DNA of 32,000 nucleotides from Alkanindiges illinoisensis DSM 15370 (GTDB lineage: Bacteria > Pseudomonadota > Gammaproteobacteria > Pseudomonadales > Moraxellaceae), in assembly GCF_000619845.1 (NCBI RefSeq), contig NZ_KK211037.1, forward strand, positions 120,001 through 152,000, given 5' to 3'. The position numbers and the translations under genes were made by a program. The notes beneath the pieces are model-generated. The model was not told the origin of the DNA. It saw only the letters and a list, made by a program, of their open reading frames with translations, and did not search any database. Positions within the stretch are counted from its first letter, which is position 1; each line of letters starts with the position of its first letter. Of this stretch, positions 8,960-17,070 are shown piece by piece.

Positions 8960-10231
8960 ATGTCTGAACGCATCCGCGAAAAACTGCAAATTCTGGCCGA
9001 TGCCGCCAAATATGATGTGTCCTGTTCATCCAGTGGCAGTAACCGCAAAAACACTAGCAAGGGCGGTGGCCAAAAAGGTGTGGGGGACACGGGTTCCGGT
9101 ATTTGCCATACCTATACCGAAGATGGCCGCTGTGTGTCGCTGCTGAAAATCCTGTTTACCAACGTGTGTATTTTTGACTGTGCCTATTGTGTGTCACGCC
9201 GCAGCAATGACATCAAGCGCGCTTCGTTTACCGTAGATGAAGTGGTGCAGCTCACCATGAATTTTTACCGGCGCAATTATATTGAAGGCTTGTTTTTAAG
9301 CTCGGGTATTTTTAAAAACGCTGATTACACCATGGAACGCATGCTTCAGGTGGTGAAAAAACTGCGGCTGGAAGAACATTACAACGGCTATATTCATTTA
9401 AAAACCATTCCCGGCGCTAGTGAGGCTTTGATTCAGGAAGCCGGACTGTATGCTGATCGCATGAGCATTAATCTGGAAATGCCCACCGAAGCCGGGCTTA
9501 AATTGCTGGCACCGGAAAAATCGCATGCCGAGGTGAAGCATGATCTGGGCATCGTGCACCGCAATATTGTGCAGTTTAAACAGGATCGCAAGCTCATTCG
9601 CAGTACACCAAAGTTTGTTCCCGCAGGTCAAAGCACGCAAATGGTGGTAGGTGCAACCGCAGATACGGATAAGGATGTGCTGTTGCTGGCTGATCAGTAC
9701 TACAGAAATTTTCAGCTTCGGCGCGTGTATTATTCGGGCTACATTCCCATCAGTCACGACCAGCGCATGCCTGCCATTGGCACACTGCCGCCCTTAATCC
9801 GGGAAAACCGCCTGTACCAGACCGATTGGCTGCTACGTTTTTATGGTTTTGGCGTGCAGGAAATTGTCAATGAACAGCATCCCAACCTTGAGCTGGAAAT
9901 TGATCCCAAGCTGGCTTGGGCCTTGCGTAATCCGCATTTATTCCCCATTGACATCAACCGGGCCGATTACCCGATGATTTTGCGGGTGCCGGGCATTGGG
10001 GTGAAATCAGCGCGCAAGATTGTACAGGCGCGGCGTTTTGGCAAGTTGCATAGCGATCAGCTGCAGCGCATGGGCGTGGCCTATAACCGGGCACGACATT
10101 TTATCCGCTGTGCAGATACGCCATTTAGCCTGCGCAATCCTACGCCTGAACAAATCCGCAGTAGCATTCTGGCGGTGGCCAATTCCAAGTATGCCGCCAC
10201 CCTGTCACCACAGTTGCAGCTTGGCTTTTAA
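8960..10231 (+). CDS. putative DNA modification/repair radical SAM protein (TIGR03916-type)
   Basis: 423 aa. N-terminal LADAAKYDVSCSSSG, radical-SAM cluster motif CIFDCAYC (CxxxCxxC), and a C-terminal helix-hairpin-helix LRVPGIGVKSARKIV. Always-paired neighbour follows immediately. Confidence 0.85.
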   Translation: MSERIREKLQILADAAKYDVSCSSSGSNRKNTSKGGGQKGVGDTGSGICHTYTEDGRCVSLLKILFTNVCIFDCAYCVSRRSNDIKRASFTVDEVVQLTMNFYRRNYIEGLFLSSGIFKNADYTMERMLQVVKKLRLEEHYNGYIHLKTIPGASEALIQEAGLYADRMSINLEMPTEAGLKLLAPEKSHAEVKHDLGIVHRNIVQFKQDRKLIRSTPKFVPAGQSTQMVVGATADTDKDVLLLADQYYRNFQLRRVYYSGYIPISHDQRMPAIGTLPPLIRENRLYQTDWLLRFYGFGVQEIVNEQHPNLELEIDPKLAWALRNPHLFPIDINRADYPMILRVPGIGVKSARKIVQARRFGKLHSDQLQRMGVAYNRARHFIRCADTPFSLRNPTPEQIRSSILAVANSKYAATLSPQLQLGF

Positions 10232-10254
10232 GTCATGTGTTTTCAAGTGCTAGC

Positions 10255-11109
10255 ATGATTAGCTATATTTTTGATGGCAGTTTTGCCGGATTGTTATGCT
10301 GTATCTTTCGCGCCTATGCCTTTAAGGAAAAACAACGGCTTAAGAACGGGCAGCTGCGGATTTATTGTGAAAAAGACTTTCAGCCAGAACTGTTTGCACA
10401 GAGCTTAGGTGCATGGGGTTCGGATGAACGAGGCCTAGAAGAACAAGGCAGGCTGGCCGAAGAAATTACCATTATCAGTAATGACGCCAATGCCAAACGG
10501 GTGTGGACGGCCTTGTGCCAGAAAACCAATAGCAATTTTAGCCGGCAGTTTTATTTTAGCTATTTGTCCGAGCAGGCCACCACCTTTCAGCATCTGTTTG
10601 AGCTGGCCTGCTATGTATTTGACCATCAGGATGCGGTGCATGCGAATTATGGTCATCCGGCGGTATTGAGCGTTACGCAAATGGCCAAAAGTGTTAGCCG
10701 GGAAAAACATCGCATGGAAGCATTTGTGCGCTTTAAAAAAACCAGCGAGGGCATTTATTTTGCGGTGATTAGCCCGGATTTTAATGTGCTGCCGTTGATT
10801 GCGCCGCATTTTAAACGGCGTTACGCCGACCAGCACTGGCTGATTTATGATGAAAAACGGCACTATGGCCTGTTTTATGATTTAAAGCAGGTGCATGAAG
10901 TGCGGCTCTCCAGTGAAGCCAATAAATCCATGATTGAGCAGGCCCGGCTCACTACCAGCAGCATTACCCTGGATGCACAGGAAGCGCTGTATGACCAGCT
11001 GTGGAAGGATTATTTTAAAAGCACCAACATTGTTGAGCGCAAAAACCTGAAACTGCATATTCAGCAAGTGCCGCGACGCTACTGGAAATACTTGAGTGAA
11101 AAAAACTAG
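10255..11109 (+). CDS. TIGR03915/DUF4130-type putative DNA metabolism protein (partner of the radical SAM protein), stand-alone form
   Basis: MISYIFDGSFAGLLCCIF N-terminus and HRMEAFVRFKKTSEGIYFAVISPDFNVLPLIAPHFKRRYADQHWLIYDEKR are as I recall for DUF4130. The track start GTG 10237 adds 6 residues; ATG 10255 fits the family N-terminus. No uracil-DNA-glycosylase domain is fused. Confidence 0.75.
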   Translation: MISYIFDGSFAGLLCCIFRAYAFKEKQRLKNGQLRIYCEKDFQPELFAQSLGAWGSDERGLEEQGRLAEEITIISNDANAKRVWTALCQKTNSNFSRQFYFSYLSEQATTFQHLFELACYVFDHQDAVHANYGHPAVLSVTQMAKSVSREKHRMEAFVRFKKTSEGIYFAVISPDFNVLPLIAPHFKRRYADQHWLIYDEKRHYGLFYDLKQVHEVRLSSEANKSMIEQARLTTSSITLDAQEALYDQLWKDYFKSTNIVERKNLKLHIQQVPRRYWKYLSEKN

Positions 11110-11188
11110 ACAAAGTGCATCAACCCACAATAAACCAGCAGCCATTAGTCAATGGTTTTAAGCCAGTAAGCAGGTTTAATCCAATTGC

Positions 11189-11205
11189 TTTAAGCAAAAT
11201 TTAAG
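11189..11205 (+). promoter_or_regulatory. candidate PmrA (BasR) box upstream of the PAP2 gene
   Basis: TTTAAG-caaaa-TTTAAG is a perfect hexamer direct repeat with a 5-nt spacer. It matches the enteric PmrA box pattern YTTAAK-N5-YTTAAK. It ends 49 nt before the PAP2 ATG (11254). Confidence 0.55.
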
Positions 11206-11253
11206 CTGGCGCTTTTACCGTTTGCGCACCCCAAGATATGGCATTAAACGGCA

Positions 11254-11991
11254 ATGGCAATCACCGCAACCCAATATTCCAAAACATTCTGGCTGTTTAA
11301 TACTGCTGGATTGCTGGCCTATGCGCTGCTGCTCATTCAATTTTTTCCGGTCAATGGCGTGCTGGATCACTGGTTAATTGCCCCGTGGGTGGATAGCACA
11401 GGCCGCTTTTTTGAGCGTGATAACTGGTGGCTGACTCATATTGCCCATCATGGGGTCAAGAATGTGATTATTGGCCTGATTGTTATACTGCTGATTCAGT
11501 TTATAGGCAGTTTTTACCGGGCAGGTTGGCGTCATTATCGCTTGCCAAGCGGCTACGTGCTGATATCGGCCTTATGCACCACCACACTGGTCGGACTGCT
11601 TAAATCACAGTCTGGGCATGCCTGTCCGTGGAGTCTGGTGCAAGTACAACAGCATCATCTGGTCTGGCTGGATCATTTATCCAAGGCCGGTCATTGCTTT
11701 CCCGGTGGGCATGCGTCTGCCGGATTTGCCCTGATTGCGCTATTTTTTGCGTATTGGCAGTCGCAGCCGCATAAGGCACGCTATTATTTGCTGGCGGCGC
11801 TGCTGCTGGGTTTTGCCATGGGCTGGGGGCAAATGATGCGTGGTGCGCATTTTTTAAGCCATAATTTATGGACACTATGGGTGGCATGGGCCGTAAATCT
11901 GGGCTTATGCGCTATTATTCAAATGTATGCATGGTACGCTCAGCAAAGGCAGAACCCTCAGTTAATAGGGCAGGCTCACCTTAACCATTAA
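11254..11991 (+). CDS. PAP2-superfamily membrane phosphatase
   Basis: 245 aa, polytopic. KSQSGHACPW, CFPGGHASAGFAL (PSGH-like C2 motif) and MRGAHFLSHNLW (C3-like) are present. The C1 and C3 motifs are diverged from the textbook KX6RP / SRX5HX3D. Confidence 0.75.
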   Translation: MAITATQYSKTFWLFNTAGLLAYALLLIQFFPVNGVLDHWLIAPWVDSTGRFFERDNWWLTHIAHHGVKNVIIGLIVILLIQFIGSFYRAGWRHYRLPSGYVLISALCTTTLVGLLKSQSGHACPWSLVQVQQHHLVWLDHLSKAGHCFPGGHASAGFALIALFFAYWQSQPHKARYYLLAALLLGFAMGWGQMMRGAHFLSHNLWTLWVAWAVNLGLCAIIQMYAWYAQQRQNPQLIGQAHLNH

Positions 11992-13344
11992 GCCACCCAG
12001 CCGTGTTGACCGACAAAATTCCAGCGAGCCGCCCAGATGCTGTACCGCGTTTTTTACAATGGCCAGCCCTAGCCCGCTACCGACAATGTCCTGATGGGCC
12101 TGTGGCAGGCGCACGAAGCGTTCAGTCAGTTTGGGGTAATCGGTGGTTGCCACCCCCGGGCCACTGTCCTCCACACTTAAATAAACCCGGTGTGCATCTT
12201 GAGTTAAGCAAATGGCAATTTCACCATCTACTGGCGTGTACTTGATGGCATTGTCGATAATGTTAAACAGGATGGATTGCAGTTGCACCGGATCGGCGGC
12301 AACCTGAAGCTGGGTAATACGGGTATCCAGACCCAGCTCAATCTGTTTTTTGCGGGCACTCAGCATTAATTGTTCAATCACAAAATGAACCTGTACCACC
12401 ATATCTGTTAGCGGTTGCGGGCTGGCAGGCTGGGCTTCCTGATGCGCCAGTGTCATCATTTGTAGCACCAGATGCTGAATGCGCTGTAGACCCTGCGTTA
12501 AACTGGAAAAGTTGCGATCCTGCGTTAATTCAGCTGGCAGGGTTTTTTGCAGGACTTTAAGTTGCAGATTGAGGGCAGTAATGGGTGAGCGCAGTTCATG
12601 GGCTGCATCGGCAATAAACTGCTGCTGTTGCTGCTGTGCCTGTTCAATGCGCGCAAACAACTGGTTAAATTCATCAATGGCCGGCTTGATTTCCAGCGGT
12701 AAATGCCGGGTATCAATCTGGGTTAAATCACCATGGCTGCGTGAGGCAATGGTACGTTGCAAGGCATCGACTGGCCTAAACAGGCGGCGAATCAGCAAGC
12801 CCAGTCCCAGCACCAGAAAAGGCACCAGCAGTACATAGGGAATCAGCATGCTCAAGGCCAGTTCCTGTGCCAGATGACGCCGCACTTTAAGCTGCTGGCT
12901 AATCTGGATTTGCCGGTCTCGGAGCGGCAACACAAAGACTTTCAGTTCCCCGCGCGATGAATGCACAAGCTGAAAATGCGCAGTAGTCTGACGGGACAGG
13001 CGAATATGATCCGGGTCTTCGCTCAGGGTCTGCCTATGCTGGACTGGCTGGTCAGACAGCGGATAAGTCCAGATATCAATAAAGACATCGGTTTCATCAT
13101 AGCGGTGGTTGGGCCGAAAAGCAGAATCCAGATGGTCAATGGAGGTTTCGGCCAGAAAATAAGCCATTTCCTTCATTTGCTGATCCAGAATTTCCTGGGT
13201 TTCTTCCAGCGCAATCCGGTAGGCTGAATAGCCCAGCAGCAAAAACAGCAATACACTAAAGGCCGTCAGGCTAATCAGCAGCTTTTGCCGTAGCGAGCGC
13301 TGCTGGGGTGACAGGATGCGAAAGGCAGGCAGCACTAGGGGCAT
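11962..13344 (-). CDS. pmrB: two-component sensor histidine kinase, PmrB/BasS-like
   Basis: 460 aa with two TM segments flanking a periplasmic loop. H-box AAHELRSPITAL, N-box FNIIDNAIKYTP, G-boxes VEDSGPGV and GSGLGLAIV. Last gene of the eptA-RR-HK operon. The symbol is assigned from operon context. Confidence 0.8.
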   Translation of the reverse strand: MPLVLPAFRILSPQQRSLRQKLLISLTAFSVLLFLLLGYSAYRIALEETQEILDQQMKEMAYFLAETSIDHLDSAFRPNHRYDETDVFIDIWTYPLSDQPVQHRQTLSEDPDHIRLSRQTTAHFQLVHSSRGELKVFVLPLRDRQIQISQQLKVRRHLAQELALSMLIPYVLLVPFLVLGLGLLIRRLFRPVDALQRTIASRSHGDLTQIDTRHLPLEIKPAIDEFNQLFARIEQAQQQQQQFIADAAHELRSPITALNLQLKVLQKTLPAELTQDRNFSSLTQGLQRIQHLVLQMMTLAHQEAQPASPQPLTDMVVQVHFVIEQLMLSARKKQIELGLDTRITQLQVAADPVQLQSILFNIIDNAIKYTPVDGEIAICLTQDAHRVYLSVEDSGPGVATTDYPKLTERFVRLPQAHQDIVGSGLGLAIVKNAVQHLGGSLEFCRSTRLGGLMVKVSLPY

Positions 13345-13359
13345 AACGATTAATCCGGC

Positions 13360-14058
13360 TTAATCAGAGGGCTGGTCAATACAATAGCCGATTCCACGCA
13401 CGGTACGGATAAAATCCTTGCCCAGTTTTTGCCTTAAATGATGAATGTAGACTTCAATGGTGTTGCTGCTGACGTCACTTTGCCAGTCATACAGTTTTTG
13501 TTCCAGATGGCTTTTGGAAAAAATCTGGTGCGGATGCATCATCATGGGTTCCAGAATGGCCCATTCCTTGTTGGACAGCTCAATTTCCTGTTCACCCTTA
13601 AACAGGCGATGCGTGGCCGGATACAGGCGAATCCCGCCAATCTGGTAATAATCCTGCATGGCTGCCGGGCTGGTACGCCGCAACAAGGCATGAATGCGGG
13701 CAATCAGTTCCTCAAAGTCATAGGGCTTGACCAGATAGTCGTCTGCCCCCTGATTCAGGCCGCGTACCCGGTCTTTTAGGGTATCGCGTGCGGTAATGAT
13801 CAGCACGGCAATCTGGCTGTCACTATGAATACTGTCACTGCGAATACTGTCATTACGAATACGACGCAGCACCTCCATGCCTTCCAGCTCAGGCAGGCCC
13901 AGATCCAGCAGTACCAATTGATAATCATGCCGTGCCAAGGCATCCATGGCGGCCAGCCCGCTACGCACCCAGTCGACGTTAAAGCCTTCATGCTGAAGCA
14001 GAATCTGGGTGGATTCGCCAATCATGGGGTCATCTTCAACAAACAGTAATTTAATCAT
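13360..14058 (-). CDS. pmrA: OmpR-family response regulator, PmrA/BasR-like
   Basis: MIKLLFVEDD...LLDLGLP...ITARD...GADDYLVKPYDFEELIARIHALLRR, with a C-terminal winged helix (IEVYIHHLRQKLG...IRTVRGIGY). ATG at 14058 is preferred over the track start 14079, which would overlap eptA. Carries an unusual repeat insertion (see the repeat feature). Confidence 0.85.
   Translation of the reverse strand: MIKLLFVEDDPMIGESTQILLQHEGFNVDWVRSGLAAMDALARHDYQLVLLDLGLPELEGMEVLRRIRNDSIRSDSIHSDSQIAVLIITARDTLKDRVRGLNQGADDYLVKPYDFEELIARIHALLRRTSPAAMQDYYQIGGIRLYPATHRLFKGEQEIELSNKEWAILEPMMMHPHQIFSKSHLEQKLYDWQSDVSSNTIEVYIHHLRQKLGKDFIRTVRGIGYCIDQPSD
13817..13867 (-). repeat. in-frame 15-bp tandem repeat (about 2.7 copies) inside pmrA
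   Basis: Coding strand reads cgtaatgacagtatt / cgcagtgacagtatt / catagtgacagc, encoding R-NDSIR-SDSIH-SDS. The plus strand shows aatactgtcactgcg / aatactgtcattacg directly abutting. Confidence 0.85.
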
Positions 14059-14066
14059 CAGCGAAC

Positions 14067-15743
14067 CTATGCGTGGCACAGTGACAGCATGTTGAACTGC
14101 GGATCAATGACCCGGGTATTAATATGTAGCACAGACAGCAGGGTGGGGAACAGATTATCCTGACTACGCGGCAGGCCTAACTGCTGTTGCAGGCAGGGCA
14201 CCAGTGTGGGCTGTTGCTGCTGCCACGCCTTGGAAAACCACAAAATCATGGGAACGTGGGTTTGCTGGCTGGGTGCCAGTACATACGGTGCGCCGTGCAG
14301 GTACAGGCCATGTTCACCAGTTGATTCGCCATGATCGGAAACATACCACATGCCGGTTTGAAAGCCAGTTTGCTGTTTTAAACGGGAAATCAGGCCAGCC
14401 AGAATGTGATCGGTATAGACAATGGTATTGTCATAGCTGTTGATCAGGCTGGCATGGTTGCAATTCTGGATGGCATTGGTATCGCAGGTGGGCACAAATT
14501 TCTGGAATGCCGCTGGATAGCGCTTGTAATAGGCTGGGCCATGGCTGCCCATCTGGTGCAGCACAATGAGCTGGTTTGCTGGATGCAGCTTATTTGCCAA
14601 CTGCTTAAGATAAGCATCCATACTGGCCAGCAGGATGTCATCATAGCACTCGCCATTATTGCACCAATGCTCCTTGTCTGACAGTGGCAGGCCAAAGCGG
14701 CTTACCCGGTCACAGGTTCGCTTGCAGCCCGAATTGTTGTCAATCCAGGTGACTTCATAGCCTGCACGCTTGGCAATATCCAGTAGACCCTCGCGATGGC
14801 TGGCCAGTGAGGCATCATAATGCTGGCGCGGCATGCCAGAAAACATGCAGGGCACCGACACGGCTGTTTCAGTGCCACAGGACGCCACGCTGGAAAAGTT
14901 CAGCACATCCAGCTTGGCCAGTTCGGGGTTGGTGTCCCTGTGATAGCCATTCAAGCTAAAACTTTCAGCCCGCCCGGTTTCTCCCACCACCAGCACCATA
15001 AGGCGCGGCAAGTCAGTGGCAGTGCCTGTCATTGTAGTGCCCGTCATTTTGGCATCAGTGCCATAATGCAACAGTGGCTTGTCTTCCAGCCTGAAGTAGT
15101 GCTTGCCGTAACTCAGCAGCCCGCTAATGCTATTATTGGGATTGAGTTTTTCCTTTAAATTGCGGTGTTCGCGGAACATCGGCGCATACTGGCCATAATA
15201 GGTAAATACCAGCCCTGCAATAATTGCCAGTGTGGCCACGCAGGTCAGCAGCTTTTGCAGCAGCACAGTTTTAATAGAAGCTTTGGGCAACCTGACCTGC
15301 CAGATCACCAGCAGGGGCAAAATAATGGTCAGCACGGTAAGTTGGGCAGCACGCCAGGACACCAGATCCAGCATCTCATGCAGATCGGTTTGCATCATGT
15401 TCAGGATTTGGCCCTGATTAATATCAATGCCCAGTTCCGACACAAAATAATTGCCCATGGCACTGATCACCACCAAAACACCTGCCACCCACTTGGCATT
15501 AAAGCGCCAGCTCAGCAATTGCAGCGCAAACAGGTAATAGGCAAAGATAATCAGGCCGGTTGCCAGCAGGAAAATGGCAGCCGCACGCCCATGATAGGAC
15601 GTTAAGCCAGCAATCGCCTGATAAAATGGAATATTCACTACACTGGCCAGCCAGAAAGCCACCAATGCATTGAATTGCAAGACGCTGAGAGCAACCGAAA
15701 GCTTGAACGTGCGGGAGCGGTGATAAGGAAAATCAACAAACAT
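14067..15743 (-). CDS. eptA: lipid A phosphoethanolamine transferase (EptA/PmrC, MCR-family fold)
   Basis: 558 aa. Five N-terminal TM helices are followed by a sulfatase-type domain with the nucleophile motif VVGETGRAESFSLNGY. Also CGTETAVSVPCMFS, LHQMGSHGPAYYKRYP, SLINSYDNTIVYTD and YVSDHGESTGEHGLYLHG, all alignable with EptA/MCR-1. Confidence 0.9.
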   Translation of the reverse strand: MFVDFPYHRSRTFKLSVALSVLQFNALVAFWLASVVNIPFYQAIAGLTSYHGRAAAIFLLATGLIIFAYYLFALQLLSWRFNAKWVAGVLVVISAMGNYFVSELGIDINQGQILNMMQTDLHEMLDLVSWRAAQLTVLTIILPLLVIWQVRLPKASIKTVLLQKLLTCVATLAIIAGLVFTYYGQYAPMFREHRNLKEKLNPNNSISGLLSYGKHYFRLEDKPLLHYGTDAKMTGTTMTGTATDLPRLMVLVVGETGRAESFSLNGYHRDTNPELAKLDVLNFSSVASCGTETAVSVPCMFSGMPRQHYDASLASHREGLLDIAKRAGYEVTWIDNNSGCKRTCDRVSRFGLPLSDKEHWCNNGECYDDILLASMDAYLKQLANKLHPANQLIVLHQMGSHGPAYYKRYPAAFQKFVPTCDTNAIQNCNHASLINSYDNTIVYTDHILAGLISRLKQQTGFQTGMWYVSDHGESTGEHGLYLHGAPYVLAPSQQTHVPMILWFSKAWQQQQPTLVPCLQQQLGLPRSQDNLFPTLLSVLHINTRVIDPQFNMLSLCHA

Positions 15744-15792
15744 GGCCAGATCATAAGTGTCACAAGAATGGCCTGCACAGTAAGCAGCCTAG

Positions 15793-15809
15793 CTTAAATT
15801 TAGCTTAAG
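15793..15809 (-). promoter_or_regulatory. candidate PmrA (BasR) box upstream of eptA-pmrA-pmrB
   Basis: Read on the eptA strand: CTTAAG-ctaaa-TTTAAG. The proximal edge is 50 nt from the eptA ATG (15743). The spacing and hexamers are almost identical to the box before the PAP2 gene. Confidence 0.6.
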
Positions 15810-16011
15810 GAATTTTGCCCACGCAGCCCTGAACATAGATTAATGGTCGATATAAAGCTGCAACAACGCGCAGATTTTTTAAATGGCCTGCCTGATCATT
15901 CTATTGATGCAATGCGTCGTCATTATTTTTGCAGTAGGAAGAACAGGCCTGATTTTATACAGTGTGTGCACCAACCATAAATACCTATTAAACCTGATTC
16001 TGGAGCACTAT

Positions 16012-16452
16012 ATGTTTAATCCCAATGTTTTGCTGGCAAACCTTATTCGTCAACCTGCACTGGCAGCTATCATTCAATTGCTGGCACGCCTTGCGCTTGC
16101 CGCCATTTTTGTGAGTTCGGGCTGGAGTAAACTCAGTGATTATGCAGGTACTGTGGCCTATATGGAGGCCATGCAGGTGAGTGGCAGCCTGTTGCCGCTG
16201 GTGATTTTTGCTGAACTGGGCGGTGGGCTTGCCATTTTACTGGGTTTTCAAACCCGCGTGGCTGCACTGGGTCTGGCGGTGTTTAGTATACTGACGGCTT
16301 TGCTGTTTCATGTCGGGGGCAGTGATGCCGCCCAGCAATACAACAACAGTATCCATTTTATGAAAAATATTGGGCTGGCAGGTGGTTTTCTGGCGCTGAT
16401 GCTGCTGGGTGCAGGCCGCCTGAGCCTTGACCATTGGCTTGAAAGAAAATAA
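16012..16452 (+). CDS. DoxX family membrane protein
   Basis: LARLALAAIFVSSGWSKLSDYAGTVAYMEAM...PLVIFAELGGGLAILLGFQTRVAALGLAVFSILTALLFH is a typical DoxX sequence. ATG 16012 with GGAG 7 nt upstream is preferred over the long track start 15883, giving the family-typical ~146 aa. Confidence 0.85.
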   Translation: MFNPNVLLANLIRQPALAAIIQLLARLALAAIFVSSGWSKLSDYAGTVAYMEAMQVSGSLLPLVIFAELGGGLAILLGFQTRVAALGLAVFSILTALLFHVGGSDAAQQYNNSIHFMKNIGLAGGFLALMLLGAGRLSLDHWLERK

Positions 16453-16518
16453 CACCATTGATAGCAGCGATGATTTTGGTAATACAGCGGCTTGGAGTAA
16501 GTGGGTAGCGTCGCTGAT

Positions 16519-17067
16519 TTAGTGTTTGGGTTGATGTGTTTTAACACCCAGCCAACTAACCTGATAGCCGGCCTGCTGTAATGCTCGCGTTGCTTTCATC
16601 GTTAAATACAGCAAAATCAGGGTATTAATAACAGGAACAAACTGGGCAATCACGCTAACAAACGTGGTGATGCTATTAAAGCGCAAGCCACGTGCCATTA
16701 AAAAAATACCAAAAATGGATAGCATAAAGGCAAGGCAATACAGGTACAGCACAACATCCTGCAATAGACCGGTAGTTTGGGTCAGTCCTCTGCTCAGCAA
16801 CAGTGCCAGTTGCAGCCCAATGGCATACATCGCCAGCTTCCGGCCACGGCCTGCAAATTGAAGCTGTGCCTGTTGGGCTTCCTCACGCGCTTTGCTCAAA
16901 CTTCTGGCTGCCGGATTGGTTATTGATGCACTAGACACAGGATGGACAGCTTGATCTGGAGCAGGGACGGATGCCGGTGGGTTAATTGCAGCCTGCTTGT
17001 CTGTAGCGCGTTTGTTTGCAGAGCGCTGGCTTGCAGCGCTGTTATTTACAGAATCGTCAGTTGACAT
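16519..17067 (-). CDS. hypothetical membrane protein (disordered N-terminus, about 4 TM C-terminal half)
   Basis: 182 aa. AGGA SD lies inside the end of the upstream gene, and the ATG is 3 nt after that gene's TGA (TGAagcATG), indicating translational coupling. I recognise no family. Confidence 0.5.
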   Translation of the reverse strand: MSTDDSVNNSAASQRSANKRATDKQAAINPPASVPAPDQAVHPVSSASITNPAARSLSKAREEAQQAQLQFAGRGRKLAMYAIGLQLALLLSRGLTQTTGLLQDVVLYLYCLAFMLSIFGIFLMARGLRFNSITTFVSVIAQFVPVINTLILLYLTMKATRALQQAGYQVSWLGVKTHQPKH

Positions 17068-17070
17068 GCT

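Noticed and set aside
11140-11159. Possible terminator hairpin agccatt-agtc-aatggtt after the DUF4130 gene
   Set aside because: The stem is AT-rich and 7 bp with a G-U pair, and the T-tract is only the 4 T's partly inside the stem. Too weak to call.
12619-12636. CTG/TTG run encoding QQQQQQ just before the PmrB H-box
   Set aside because: Short and imperfect (ctgctgctgttgctgctg). Gln-rich linkers are common in this genome's proteins (DprA, SirB2-like tail). No evidence that it is a contingency repeat.
15883-16011. N-terminal extensions proposed by the ORF track (DoxX from 15883, rarA from TTG 19068, MocR from GTG 25145, PmrA from 14079, MurJ from TTG 4938)
   Set aside because: Internal ATG codons give N-termini matching the families. 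In the DoxX case the internal start has a well-spaced GGAG. The extended forms add non-conserved residues or overlap the upstream gene.
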